Part shown: one piece after another, positions 35,481 to 47,322 of the stretch
How the letters are laid out: the number at the start of each line of letters is the position of its first letter
Position numbering within the stretch: position 1 is the stretch's first letter
From: Hydrolagus affinis
Taxonomy: Eukaryota
Direction: 5' to 3'
Length of the DNA stretch: 64,000 nt
Assembly (NCBI GenBank): GCA_012026655.1
Contig: JAAILG010000800.1
Coordinates: 1 to 64,000 of the forward strand
The notes under the pieces: model-generated
Told to the model about the DNA's origin: nothing
What the model saw: only the letters and a program-made list of their open reading frames with translations
The model's database searches: none
Program-made: the position numbers and the translations under genes

Positions 35481-38236
35481 TGTAACAGGATTGTTATCAA
35501 CATCGACATAATACTATAAGGAACTAGCTATAAGGTTCACATTGCTTGCAAAGACAAATCTTGGGACATTGACTCTTTTGTAATCAATGCGCTTAAAATA
35601 AAGGAGTTCTGCATTTGGAAAATATAATCCAGTTGCAATACCATTACACAATGAGTAGAATATGTTCAATAAAGTTACAACACTACAATGTTATTTCGTA
35701 AGCATTCCATGTGTTCCGAGTGCTACAATGCAAAATTACATATTAGCGCAATGACACATTGTGGTTTGCAATTCAGCCATTCAGAGTGCAATAAAATTAA
35801 TTGTCAAATAGCTTCAAGTAGCTTTATTTTTGATAGTTATCAAGGATAATAGCTCAACCAAGTAGAATGTTTACAATACGAGAAACATTTTACTTTAAAA
35901 TAATACACTGCATTAACATTCTGCTGTGGGAGATCACAGAGGATGGCAGACGTAGCCAGTACATTGCCAGGGTAAGCAGTTTCGGAAACCTGTGCCATCC
36001 AGAAGCCAGTGGCAGTAAAATTCTGTCAACACTTAATATCTGGGCTGACAGCCAGTATTCATTCCACTCATGGCAGCTGGTGAATACAATCAACAAAGAG
36101 ACCAAGGTTTGCGCAGATCAGTTCTGTGAACTCCCATCAAATTCAATCTGTTTTATAATCACTGCTTCATCAGCAACATCTGCACATATGATATGGTCTA
36201 TTTTCATATTGGTTTCTGGAAGATGAAAGCAGCAAATATTTAAATGTTTTCACTCATAACATTGGTGCCATGAAGTTATCATAATATGGCGGTAGATATA
36301 ATGTTATCCCATATTTTATAAAGTATTTGGGCAGCTACCGGTATATCCATTTCACCTGACAGACTGTCATAGCAACAACCAATGGATTTTAACATAAATA
36401 AAAGATTACCCACAACAGTAAGGATGTGCTGACTGCTCCTCATAGAACTCTGTTCAGATACATCTTCCTTGTACATTACCAAGAATTGCTTTTATATTTT
36501 ATATACAATACAATATGGTTTTACAATTATCTCACCTTTCACTTTGGGAGAGCATTGGTTGGGCACCAGAGTCATTATTTTTTCCCCCATTTTCTGCTAA
36601 AGCCAACTTTGTAAAAAAAAATCCCCACTTAGCCTTCTTTATTTCCATCAATTCAGTTATTGTTAGCATGATATCTGATCAAAAAATGATATATTTAAAA
36701 GAAAATCACGTTCATACAAAGAATCAGATACAGTAGTTAAATAGTTAGGGAGGGAATCTGTAAAGGATTTTATAACTATTGTAACTCATAGAAAATTATT
36801 ATAAACCAGATTAAGCAGTTTGCTCATACAATGAAAAATAGAATGAGCATTATAGCTCCTTTTAAACACTGCACATTTGACAAAAGAAAACAAAAGCTAT
36901 AACAGAATAATTTCCTAGACTCTCGGAAGAATTTCAGCCCCTCCCATTTAAAGTAACATCAATTACTGTTTACTCAGTGTCTAAAGTGTTTTATTTTATT
37001 GTGCATGACAGATAACATAAATACTTAAAATGAATCATCTGTACCTCGCTTGTGATTGAATCTGGCAAGATATTACACCTAAAGTTACGCTACCATTGGC
37101 TTTTTGGAAAATTTACATATTTTGCTAACCACACAGCACAATAGCATTGTCTGATGTCAGATAAGAGGAATTTTCCTCCCCTGGAGTCACATATTCTAAC
37201 GTCCAGGGCAAAGATGCCTAGCTGAATAACAACTCCCAGATTCATACTGACATGAAGTGAAGCTGTACAGTATTGTGCTTACTACTTGCCTCCACTGCCA
37301 TCCTGATGCATGCAACTGTTGTATATTGAGCACTGTATATATAAGTGCTCAATGTTCACGTTGTTTGCAAAAATAAACATTTAAGAATATGCCTATGGAG
37401 AAAACATATATATACAATATATGTACAGTACATATATAGTAAACATATGCAGAAGTAACTGCATTGTGCAAATTGTTTAGGGCGGCATACGTATTGTGCT
37501 TGGCATCAATAACTGCACTAGTGGAAGGCTGCTTACATCAGTACATTTTAAGAATGTCTCTAAAAATGCTAAAAGTAGGAGTTTTTAAACACAGGCACAA
37601 TTATACTGAACATTGATATTTTGGTTCAGCTCACTTTAATCACAACCATCATATTTTTCCTACAAAGAAGTGCATTCCAGTATAAATACAGGCTGACCCA
37701 GTTACGTAATACTTATAACATGGACCTGCTGGACACTTTCAACACTGACTGACTGACTGACTTCAACTAAAACCAATGAATTCTAGCCATTCTTATAGCT
37801 TCCCTCAATTTAATACAGAGTATACAGACTCAAGTCCAAACGGAGTTGGCTTATTGTTAAGTGTTTACCTTTTAGCACTTTTTATAGGGTTACAACACCA
37901 ATACATTGTATCAGAAAGGTAGCACTGTAAGGAGATGAACAAAAAACTCCAAAGCATTTTGCAATACCAACAGGACATTGTCCATCATAGCAACCAATCA
38001 TAGCAACCATTACAGCTGAAAATATTATGTATTGTAAATTTCTGTGGTTACTGCTAGAAATGGTGATAATTGTTCAATCAACTTTTAATCACAATCTAAA
38101 ACTTGTCAGGTCACTGACAAGACCAACCTGAACATGATAACATATTGTATTTATTGTGAAGAAGTACTGCAATCATAGTGCTTATAGAATTAGAGGACAA
38201 CAGCTATTTGTTCTGAATGAAGTGATCTCTTGAATC

Positions 38237-38472
38237 TTGCTTCTAATGTGTATTATCCGATTTCTCAATACTTAGCTTCAAAATGTTTGTAGATTTTCTT
38301 TTGATTTAATAACTGATTCTTGAATACTGAATACTAAAATACTGTTTCTTACTCATGTATTTACACATATACATATGTAAGAATCAGTTTCAAAAGAACT
38401 AAATCAAAACAGAACCTAAAAACATTTTGAAGCCAAGTAGCAAGAAATCAGATAATGCTCTTTAGAAATCAA
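38237..38472. repeat. Long imperfect inverted repeat/hairpin
   Basis: Left ATTATCCGATTTCTCAATACTTAGCTTCAAAATGTTTGTAG vs reverse complement of right ATTATCTGATTTCTTGCTACTTGGCTTCAAAATGTTTTTAG; inner stem closes an 8-nt loop at 38361-38368. Confidence 0.88.
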
Positions 38473-39394
38473 ATTGATCAACATGAATTCGTACAATTCA
38501 TTTTATTGTTTCACAAATGTGCTAGAACTAAAATATTATATTTTAAAAATCCACTATAGTATATACTGTAATTCTTATTATTTTCTTCGCTCTCATTTCT
38601 ATTGAACAGTTAATCTAAACTGCGGACTTGAAAACATTTGGCTTGTGTCTTGGGTGTTTTAATGGCTATAAATTTCACCACCATTGTGAGAACTTTTCAG
38701 TTATACGCTATCCTAATTTCAGATGACCCTGTTCAACAATGTTTTGTTTTGCACCATATTTCAAATAAATGTTGACAGCTGCATCATAAAAGAAATATGA
38801 AATGTTGGATTGATAACCATATTTATAATCTCTGGTAAGGATTATGGCAGTTCATAACAGTTCAAGATATCCTATTGCCATCAAGACCGGTAGTTAAACC
38901 AGGCAGGAAGTTACCCATAAAATAACTGGTTCTAACTGAAAACATAACAAAGCTTTTGCTGGGTGTATGAACGTACTGTACTCATGTGTACCAATATGAG
39001 GTTTGGAGGTTTAAATGTTAACAGGCTGCTTTGTTCCTACTAACCTTTAGGGACAAAAAAAAGAAAATCAATCATCATCCAAGGCTACCATAACTTACAA
39101 AGGAGCCATGAACTTTTTTCTTTATCTTTTGCTAATATTTTCCAAATGGTCCAAAACAAAAACTACATTTTAAGGTAGATCTTGAAGTCTCAGTTACCAT
39201 CCATATAATTCACTTGAAATATATACTTTCCCCATAACCTTTCAATTTCAAGTAAAAATCCCATTCATTTTTAAAATCCGCTTCCATCACCCTGCGTAAA
39301 ACATGTCTACTTATTTCCCCTCTGCTTCTTTTGCATTTGATTGTATTCTTCCAAAATACTACTCTACCATTTTCCATTACAGCACTGAGTCATT

Positions 39395-39900
39395 TCTTAA
39401 ATGATTGCAGTATCCTTGTCAACTACCCTCTCTGGCAATCAGTTCCAAGATTAATCAACCTCTGTGGAAACATACATTTCATGGTGTTTGACCCAAAATT
39501 GTTTTTCACAACTTCGAACCTGTATCCTCTTGTTATGTGACCTTAGTGCTTCTAACAGTATTGTTTTGCATTTAGCTTCTTTCACCTTCTATAATGACCA
39601 CTTTCAAAAGGCTCTATTCAAGGGTGACAAGCCCTACTTTACCTAGTTTTTACTCATAGATCAACCCACTAATACAAGAGATTAGGCTCATTGTTCTCCT
39701 CTGCGTTACCTCCAGGTTTTGGGTAGTCCCATTAATATGCAGCAACCAAAACTGTACATAACATCCCAAGTATAACCTTACCATAGCACGCTACAGCTGG
39801 AATACGAAATCTAGGAATCAGCATCCGACTTCCAAGTTTTATTGCTGCCTCACATATTTAGATATGGTAAATGCCACATCAAGTAATACTCCTAGTTTCT
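39395..39900 (-). mobile_element. Degenerate CR1 LINE ORF2 3' fragment
   Basis: Minus: L*RAMVRLYLGCYVQFW (cf. LY..LVRPHLEY.VQFW) and FPQRLINLG/LPERVV. Confidence 0.75.
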
Positions 39901-41696
39901 TTTAACTTCCCCATTGTTGTTATTGTTATTAAGTTCTATCCCAGCCATTGAGTATGTTTGCCTCCTAATGTTACATCTTATACAGAACACTACCAGTTAT
40001 CAACAGTGAATCTGTGTCATAAGGCGGTATTTGGGATCCATAAAATCGGAAACCTGATAGCAGGTTACACTGCAAGTGACAATAGGAAGTGTGTTATCTG
40101 TTTCCTGAATCACAGACTATTAGGTCATTACTTCCTGGTATGTTGCACTTGCACAAAAGGGAAGTAGTCTTTACTGTGAGCTGGTGGAATTTAGTCATTT
40201 TTTGGTGCAATAAGCTAAAATTGCAGATGTGTGGCTCATTAGGTTCACATCACATCCTGCTTTGTTGCATATATTGCAATGAACTGCAGATGTGCATACA
40301 TGCAATGAATGCTGCCCACATGATAATGTAAAACTCAGTAAAATCTACCCTTTATCTGTCAGTAAGAGGGATTTGTGGCTGAAGTAAGAAATATTTAGAC
40401 ATTACATTCATAGACTATTTAAAAATAAACATATCAGGGAGGTTGATTTGTGTCTTTAATCACATGCAACAGAGGTTTTGCTATTCCACTAAGAATGAAA
40501 AGAAGTATAGAATTAACACCTGCAGTCGCATTTCTTCTCTTTTACACAAACACATTTTGTCATGCATGTGAATTTGCACATACTTAGAATAATCATCAGA
40601 ATGTTTCACTCCCTATGTGTCCCACTACTTCATGATCACTGGTCCATGAGACATTATGATAGGCAGGGGGTTATTCTGTCCCCTCCACTTCTGCTCAGCA
40701 TGGGATTGGTCAAGCTATAATTCCTTTGCAACAGTCTTTCTGTGTGTTGCCAGGCATTGCCTCCGGCAGCAGCAACAGATGTTCAATTAGCTTTGTTATA
40801 TTTCTCATTCGAGCTGTCCTACACATAAAAATCTCATAAACCACGACAATCTTTATGTTAAATAATGCACTTCATTGATTAAGAACACCCCTTAAAAACT
40901 ATCACGAGATAACATATTTACCCAAGAACATTTGTAAATGTGTTACTTGAGAAAATATTAGTATTAAACTATTTAAACTGTGTGTCTTTTATTTGATTTT
41001 CCTCTCCAAATTTCCAAAATTTGATTTGTATATGTTCCCTTAATGGGAAAATCTGGCAAACATTCTATGAGTGCTAATAAAAAATTCTTCAAAGAAATGA
41101 AGTGAATTTTTTTTCTATATTTTTCTACAGGTGCATATATATTATTAGTTATTATATGTATATATATATACAAAATTGCAACATAATTCAGTATCTCTAA
41201 CTTGCAAAATTCTTCCACATTATAAGTTATACATACAAAAAGGATGAATTCAGTAGGGCACAGAACAAAAATCTATGGATTTTAAGACAATGAAAGTTGT
41301 TCAGGGTACCATTCATAAAATCTATTACACAAAACAGTACATGGGATGGAATGCAAACAGCACAAAGTCAGACACAATTATGTGTCTGACTGCAGCTTGT
41401 GGCACTGTCCTATTTTCAAGAAGTGAGGATATGCATGTAAAAATGTAACATTTTTAGAATCTAAATAATTCAGAGATTCAAAATGTAAATAAAATATTCC
41501 AGTTGTGGTTACTTGTAGAATACAGAAACATTTGGACTTAGGAATTAAATGATTGATATCATTGCTCTTGTGTTTTCTGTAATATTTTAGTTATCCTGCT
41601 CTTCAATTAGCTATATTACATACTTCAGAAAATTGGTGGTTCCTGCAAGGTTGTGAGATCAAATTCCAAAGTGATCCTGGCATTCAACTTGTTTCC

Positions 41697-41773
41697 TCCT
41701 GTGCAGCGCCTTGGGACGTCCTCCCGACGTGAAAGGCGCTCTATAAATGTAATTTGTTGTTGTTGTTGTTGTT
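41697..41773 (+). mobile_element. L2 3' tail insertion
   Basis: CAGCGCCTTGGGACGTCCTCCCGACGTGAAAGGCGCTCTATAAATGTAATTT(GTT)n. Confidence 0.85.
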
Positions 41774-41924
41774 TCACTTGACAGGTTTTTGGTTCTCAGT
41801 TTAGTGCTGGGCACAATGTGTTTATGGAATTGCCTAAACAATGATCTCGGTAAGAAATGGAATTGGTTAAAAGAAACAAGTAGAGGTTATTCATTTGGAT
41901 TGCTTGGTCAAAATGGGTAGAGGA

Positions 41925-42180
41925 GGTATATCTGCCTCCAACCTTTGGAATTCCATCTCGCAATCCTCAACCCCACCCCCTCCCCCTCCCTAGCCTCCTT
42001 TAAATTCCGCCTCAAACCCCTCCTCTTCGACTGTGCCATCAGTCACCCTCCTTCCCCCACTTTCCCTCCACCCTTCCTGATCCCAACCCCAGCTTGGGTC
42101 TGAAACACTGACTGTCCAGGGCCTTGGGACATCCTTTCGACGTGAAAAGTGTTATACAAATGTAATTTTGTTGTCGTTTT
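41925..42180 (+). mobile_element. L2 3' fragment (ORF2 end, C-rich UTR, tail)
   Basis: ASNLWNSI...FKFRLKPLLFD; tail GGGACATCCTTTCGACGTGAAAAG...TTGTTGTC. Confidence 0.85.
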
Positions 42181-42189
42181 TAAGCATGA

Positions 42190-42400
42190 TGCATCAGAGG
42201 GTTGTACTGGAACCTAATCTATGCCTTTGCATAGATTTGCTGACCTGGATTTGCAGACTCAGTGCAAGTTAGATAAGTATACAGATGACAATTCATCTGG
42301 GGAGGTAGGGGAACTGTAGAATCAGAGGAAGCACCAAGCACTTACAAAAAGAGCTGTGCTGCACATGGACTGATTACAGGCTAATGAAGTTCAAAAATTC
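42190..42400 (+). mobile_element. CR1 RT core relic
   Basis: DLDLQTQCKLDKYTDD, resembling CR1 DL......KFADD. Confidence 0.6.
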
Positions 42401-45400
42401 ATTAAGTTTGCACTTTTAATTCTCATTTCTAGAATGGAATTGCACAAACCTGTACACTCTGGTCTATCTAAGGTCTTGCATGAGTTCAGCATTAATTTAT
42501 TGTTTTTGTAATGGGGAATCCTTGGGAATATACTCTTATGCAAAATCAGAGCAAACTCCAATCATCAGGGACCACTCTTCCACAAACAAGGCTTGAGCTT
42601 AATATGATCATTGAGATGTCCTTAAATATTTGACAAGTCAGCTTTTTGTGAGAGAAAGAGAAGGAAAATCAGAAAGCTGCAGCTTGAAAAGCATAGAACA
42701 GTGGCAAAAAGAGTCATCCATCATCCTTTTGTTCTGCGCTTATAGTGTCTATCTCAACAACACAATTTCAAAAAACCTAACCAGATCTTTCCGTTACCAC
42801 AATGCAGTGAAGTGCAGGCATTGAAAAAGATAAACTTCACTTACAATTGATTAAAATGAAGACAAATCTAATATGATTTGTTGCAAGTGTATCCATTTTG
42901 AAATTCAATCAGTCATAGTAAATTAGACCTAGGTAGACTGAATCGCTTTCAAGAACGTAATTATACATCCAACGAAAATGATCCTTCTATTCATGCAGCA
43001 GCTGTGCAGATTCAATTTACTTTAAATCAATTGGAATAAGACTGGACAAGTAGTCCGACTGCAATCTTCTGAACCCAATCCGCCAGCTTTATGCCCATTT
43101 CACACTGCAAGACTAGCTACCTGGCTACGGCTGGGAGACATCAGACTGTACAGGCCTTATTTCTTTGTTCAAATACTGTGGAAATTAGAGCTCTGACATC
43201 AGCACACAGTCACTGCCAAAAAGTTTCTGAAAGTGATACTGAAGCTTGGCATGGCTTGACTGCTGACTCAAGCAGTTGTTTCTGTGCTTCTCTAAGTAAT
43301 ATGATAAAATTCTTGTGCTCAACACCTTCGTAAACGCAGTTATATAGAGAAGTTATGAGCGTGTATGGTACTGACACAGAATGCACAATTGTAACTCAAA
43401 AATGGAAAGATAAACAGTCACCAATCAAGCACAGTACAGTTAGTGGTTCTCATATGATCAATTTGACATGTTGAAAAGTATTTTTGGAGCAGTACAAAGG
43501 ATTAAAAATTTTACTAGATTTGACCCAGCTGTACAATCAGACGGTATTGTAATAGACCTGAGGGTCAACTCTGTATTGTTTGAATGATAGGAGCCACAGG
43601 AACGAAGGAGCAACACATAGCTTCTTTCCTTTGCCAGAAGAGCCTGTTTAAGGCTCTGAGATAGGAATGCCCCCTTGATAGGGGTGGAATATAAGAAAGC
43701 TGCTCTTCATAAACCTACAGAATCCTTTAATGTCATAAAATTCTCCTTCAGAAATAGAAAACTTCCAAGTTACGGCAGGAGAGTGGTGTTCCCCAGAAGA
43801 GGGGAAACTGATTAAGGCAGCCAGGAAGTATGTGTTGCACAAGGAGCAAGCAGGCATACTGTTGCCAACGCTTGCATAGTTTGGCTGTTCTATGCTGTAA
43901 ATTTCATTCTGAAATACTACATCTGACTCTAAGATGGTACAGCTATCTTTTCTAATCAAGGATTATTACAGTATTGTTAATAGCCAAATCAAAGGGGTTC
44001 AAAGAATCTTGTTTGGGTAAATTGATTAATAAATCAAACTAAAGTCAATTTGAGCACTTTGGGTTCAGGGTAGTAATTCTCAACCAAACAAAAAAGTTGA
44101 GTTATAGAAAAATACAGAAATCTCTTCTGTGTTTATGAAGCATCTTCACCTGTCCTTTTGCAAGTTCTCTTGTTGCCAAGATTGTTGGTATCATATCAAA
44201 GGCTTTACTTTCAAACATTAGGCAGCGCACCCTGAGAAATGCAATGATAGTGGTTTCCCCAAATTGTCCCTTGTGATTCTGGACAGAACAGACAGCCTAG
44301 GAGAAACTGCATTCCATCACCAATGGACAACAGATGTCCATTAACATAATACATGTTCCTAGTTAAGCAAAGAAGTTAACTTACTGTCTGCATATAAGCC
44401 TATTGAGTTCCAAGCAACAATACTGACTGGAAGAGAATTTCACAGGCAGGAAAATGGCATGTCAGGCTTCATTATGGGATATCGTGCAGACTTTTAGCAT
44501 TGCTGTAGAATGCTGAACTGCAGCTTAGCAATTCTTGTTGCTTACATTAAAGTTGATATCTGGTTTAAGATACAGAAACCTGCAAAGTTGCTCCCAGACA
44601 CATCAAGCTGATTTTGTAAACTAAAGGGTACCCTCATGTGGAATTAACCATTACTTTTGTTTAATTTGGGGACCAGTCAGATGGACCACAATGTTTTTGT
44701 TACTGTTTCAATCCTGGTCTACATTGGACTTTACAACTTTTACAAAATACAGTAGTAAAAGGTTATTTTTACACGGTGAAAAGAAGAACAATATTCCATC
44801 ACTAGAAAGTTACTGGCCCCCTTGGACGTTGGTAAAGATGATAAGTGCTCCCTCGAATTTGAAGGACAATTTGAATAATTTGCATCAATATAAAATGTTT
44901 TATATGGGGGGAAAAAAACAGATAATCTCCAAAATGTGTCTATTTAAAATGTTTGGATGGCTTAATGCATGATCTACATGTTGTAAAGGGGCCATTTTAG
45001 CAAAGTTATTAGAAAAGCAATGAAATTAGAACTCTAAATGCCTGCATTCTATAAATCTGCTTAGTTGGGCTTCTGTCAAAAATCAGACCTATTGATCACG
45101 ACAAACATGGAAATTCTGAAGTCCAATCACTTGTACCCAACATAATATCAAAGGATATGATCTTCAGAATTACTCCCCACAAAGGCATTCAAGATAGTAT
45201 CACATACAATTGCTAAAAAAAAATGCCTGGTGGAATAGAGTGCGCTGCGACAATGCAACCTTCTTATCTTGCCAATTATAAATCCCTCTTCACCAGGCTT
45301 ATGGAAAGCACAAATATTTGGGAGGATTACTTATGTATTTAGCTTTTGTGATTTCACTCTGACCAATTTAATACTCAGACCCTGCAATAGCATTTGATTA

Positions 45401-46770
45401 CAAACCAAAGGAACCATTTTAACCCTATATAGTTCACTGGAAAAGCTACATTTAAAATACGATGTATGATGTCAGTATCAGAGAAGTTTAAAGAATACCT
45501 AAGGCTCACAAAACTCAATTGTTTTCAATTGTTACTGAGATACGGATAATGTAGTGGGAAGGTTATTAGACTGCAGTCACAGAATTGAAGGGCACAAGTC
45601 CATTATTAATTTATTTCAAGTGAGATTTCCCAGTCAGCCCCCAAGCCTTGGCTCCTGCCAACCTGCGCCTAATACTTTCTGGGATTACGTAAACAGGATG
45701 CATCCCTTCAGGGACACAGTATACATTCCATTCCCACAATCTCTCTCTCTGGAATTTCCACGGGAGGTAGGATTACTGGAATTCTCAACTTGGTTTGGAT
45801 ACTCTTAAGCATGGTGATGGGTCTCCGCATGTGTCAAACACCCGGCTGAGCAAACAAAGTAATAAAATTAGAAAAATATGAACATAGTACAACGTTGAAT
45901 GGTTTTTCCCTCTCTCTCCATCTCTTCTGCCAACTTTGAATGTTTTATTAGTATGAGGCACTGGTAGCACAACTAAGAACAGATGAAAAATCTATTAACT
46001 CAGCTAAATGATTATGACTGACAAGGAGACCTGAGATTAAAATTCATGACCCTCCATTTGGGAGTTAAGTGGTCAATTATACAACATACTGGCTAAAATC
46101 AGTGGGACTTTCAGAAAGCATCACATTTTTTTTTATAAATACAACTTAACCATTTCTTACCCCTACAACTTGAAAGTCAAAACAAGGCTGCTTGGATAAA
46201 TACTTAATGATAAAAGTACATTTCTTTCTTGTTTAAAATAATTTATTTTAAATAGCTAGGTATGTATTTATTACCTCACTAAGATCGTACAAAGAAAATG
46301 AAAAATAAGAGATTCTCAAAAGTTACAGTCCAGGTTAAAGTTTTTTTAAAGATGGAATCAAATCAAAAAAAGTGCATTTTGCAATATGCAGACATTTAAT
46401 TGAAATTAATAAAATATTACACAGCTCATCATCTCTATGGTATGTGTTTAGCAACTAATGATAAAACACAGAAATGTGTGATACTCTCTCCATAAGTCTC
46501 CCTATTTTTAAAATAAAATTAAATTAGATGCGCAGGTCATGAAAGTCAGCTGCAGTGTCTTAAGGTAAAATGTTCACTATGAACCTCTAAGGCCATAAAG
46601 GCAATACATTTTCAATCTTTTTGCAATCGCTAAAAAGAATTTGCTAATGCATAGGAAATATTTGTCACCAGCATATTAGTAGAGGAATATTCGATAAAAA
46701 GTTGCATGCAAAACCAAAGATAACTTCCCAAATTTAAAATGTAGGTACGAAAGCAAGAGCCTCAGCAACT

Positions 46771-46869
46771 TCTGATGAAGCATCATGGACCCGAAACTTT
46801 GACTCACTTTCCTTTCTCCATAGATGCAGCCTGACCTGCTGAGTTTTCTCAGCTCTCTCTGTTTTTGTT
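46771..46869 (+). mobile_element. Hammerhead-bearing short element (copy C) with imperfect 13-bp TSD
   Basis: CTGATGA-A-GCATC-ATG-GACCC-GAAA-CTTT-GACTC; flanks AGCCTCAGCAACT (46758-46770) and AGCCATAGCAACT (46870-46882). Confidence 0.75.
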
Positions 46870-46921
46870 AGCCATAGCAACTAACTGTTCTGAATGAGAG
46901 TCCAAACTACATAACATACAA

Positions 46922-47052
46922 AACACAAAATACTGCAGATCCTGGGAATCTGAAACAAAAACAAAGGTTGCTAGGGAAACTCAGCAGATCAAGCAGCATC
47001 CATGGAGAAAGGAAAAAGAGTCAACATTTTGGGTCTACAACCCTTCGTCAGG
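46922..47052 (-). mobile_element. Hammerhead-bearing short element (copy D) with 16-bp TSD
   Basis: Minus: CTGACGA-A-GGGT-TGTAG-ACCC-AAAA-TGTT-GACTC; flanks ACTACATAACATACAA (46906-46921) and ACTACATAATATACAA (47053-47068). Confidence 0.8.
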
Positions 47053-47144
47053 ACTACATAATATACAATTCTTTTAAGAAGAAGCATTTGTCAATGGCTT
47101 CTTTGTCATTTTAGATTTCAAGCTTTTCTTCAAACTGCAGATCT

Positions 47145-47322
47145 ACAACAACAACAACAAAATCGCACTTATATAGCGCCTTTCACTCGGGAGGACGTCC
47201 CAACAGTCTGGTTGGAACCCGACAGTGGGGGGGGGGGGGGGAGGGGAGGGTCGAAGTAGCGGGAAGGGGACGGAGAGTGGGAGAGGGGGAAGAGTTAGTG
47301 GGGCAGCCAAAGGCGAAGTCGA
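47145..47322 (-). mobile_element. L2 3' fragment with G-rich UTR on the plus strand
   Basis: (AAC)n, then ATATAGCGCCTTTCACTCGGGAGGACGTCCCAA, the reverse complement of the L2 tail. Confidence 0.8.

Noticed and set aside
40182-40350. Possible MITE bounded by GGTGGAATTTA and TAAAATCTACC
   Set aside because: TIRs are short and imperfect with no TSD; insufficient support
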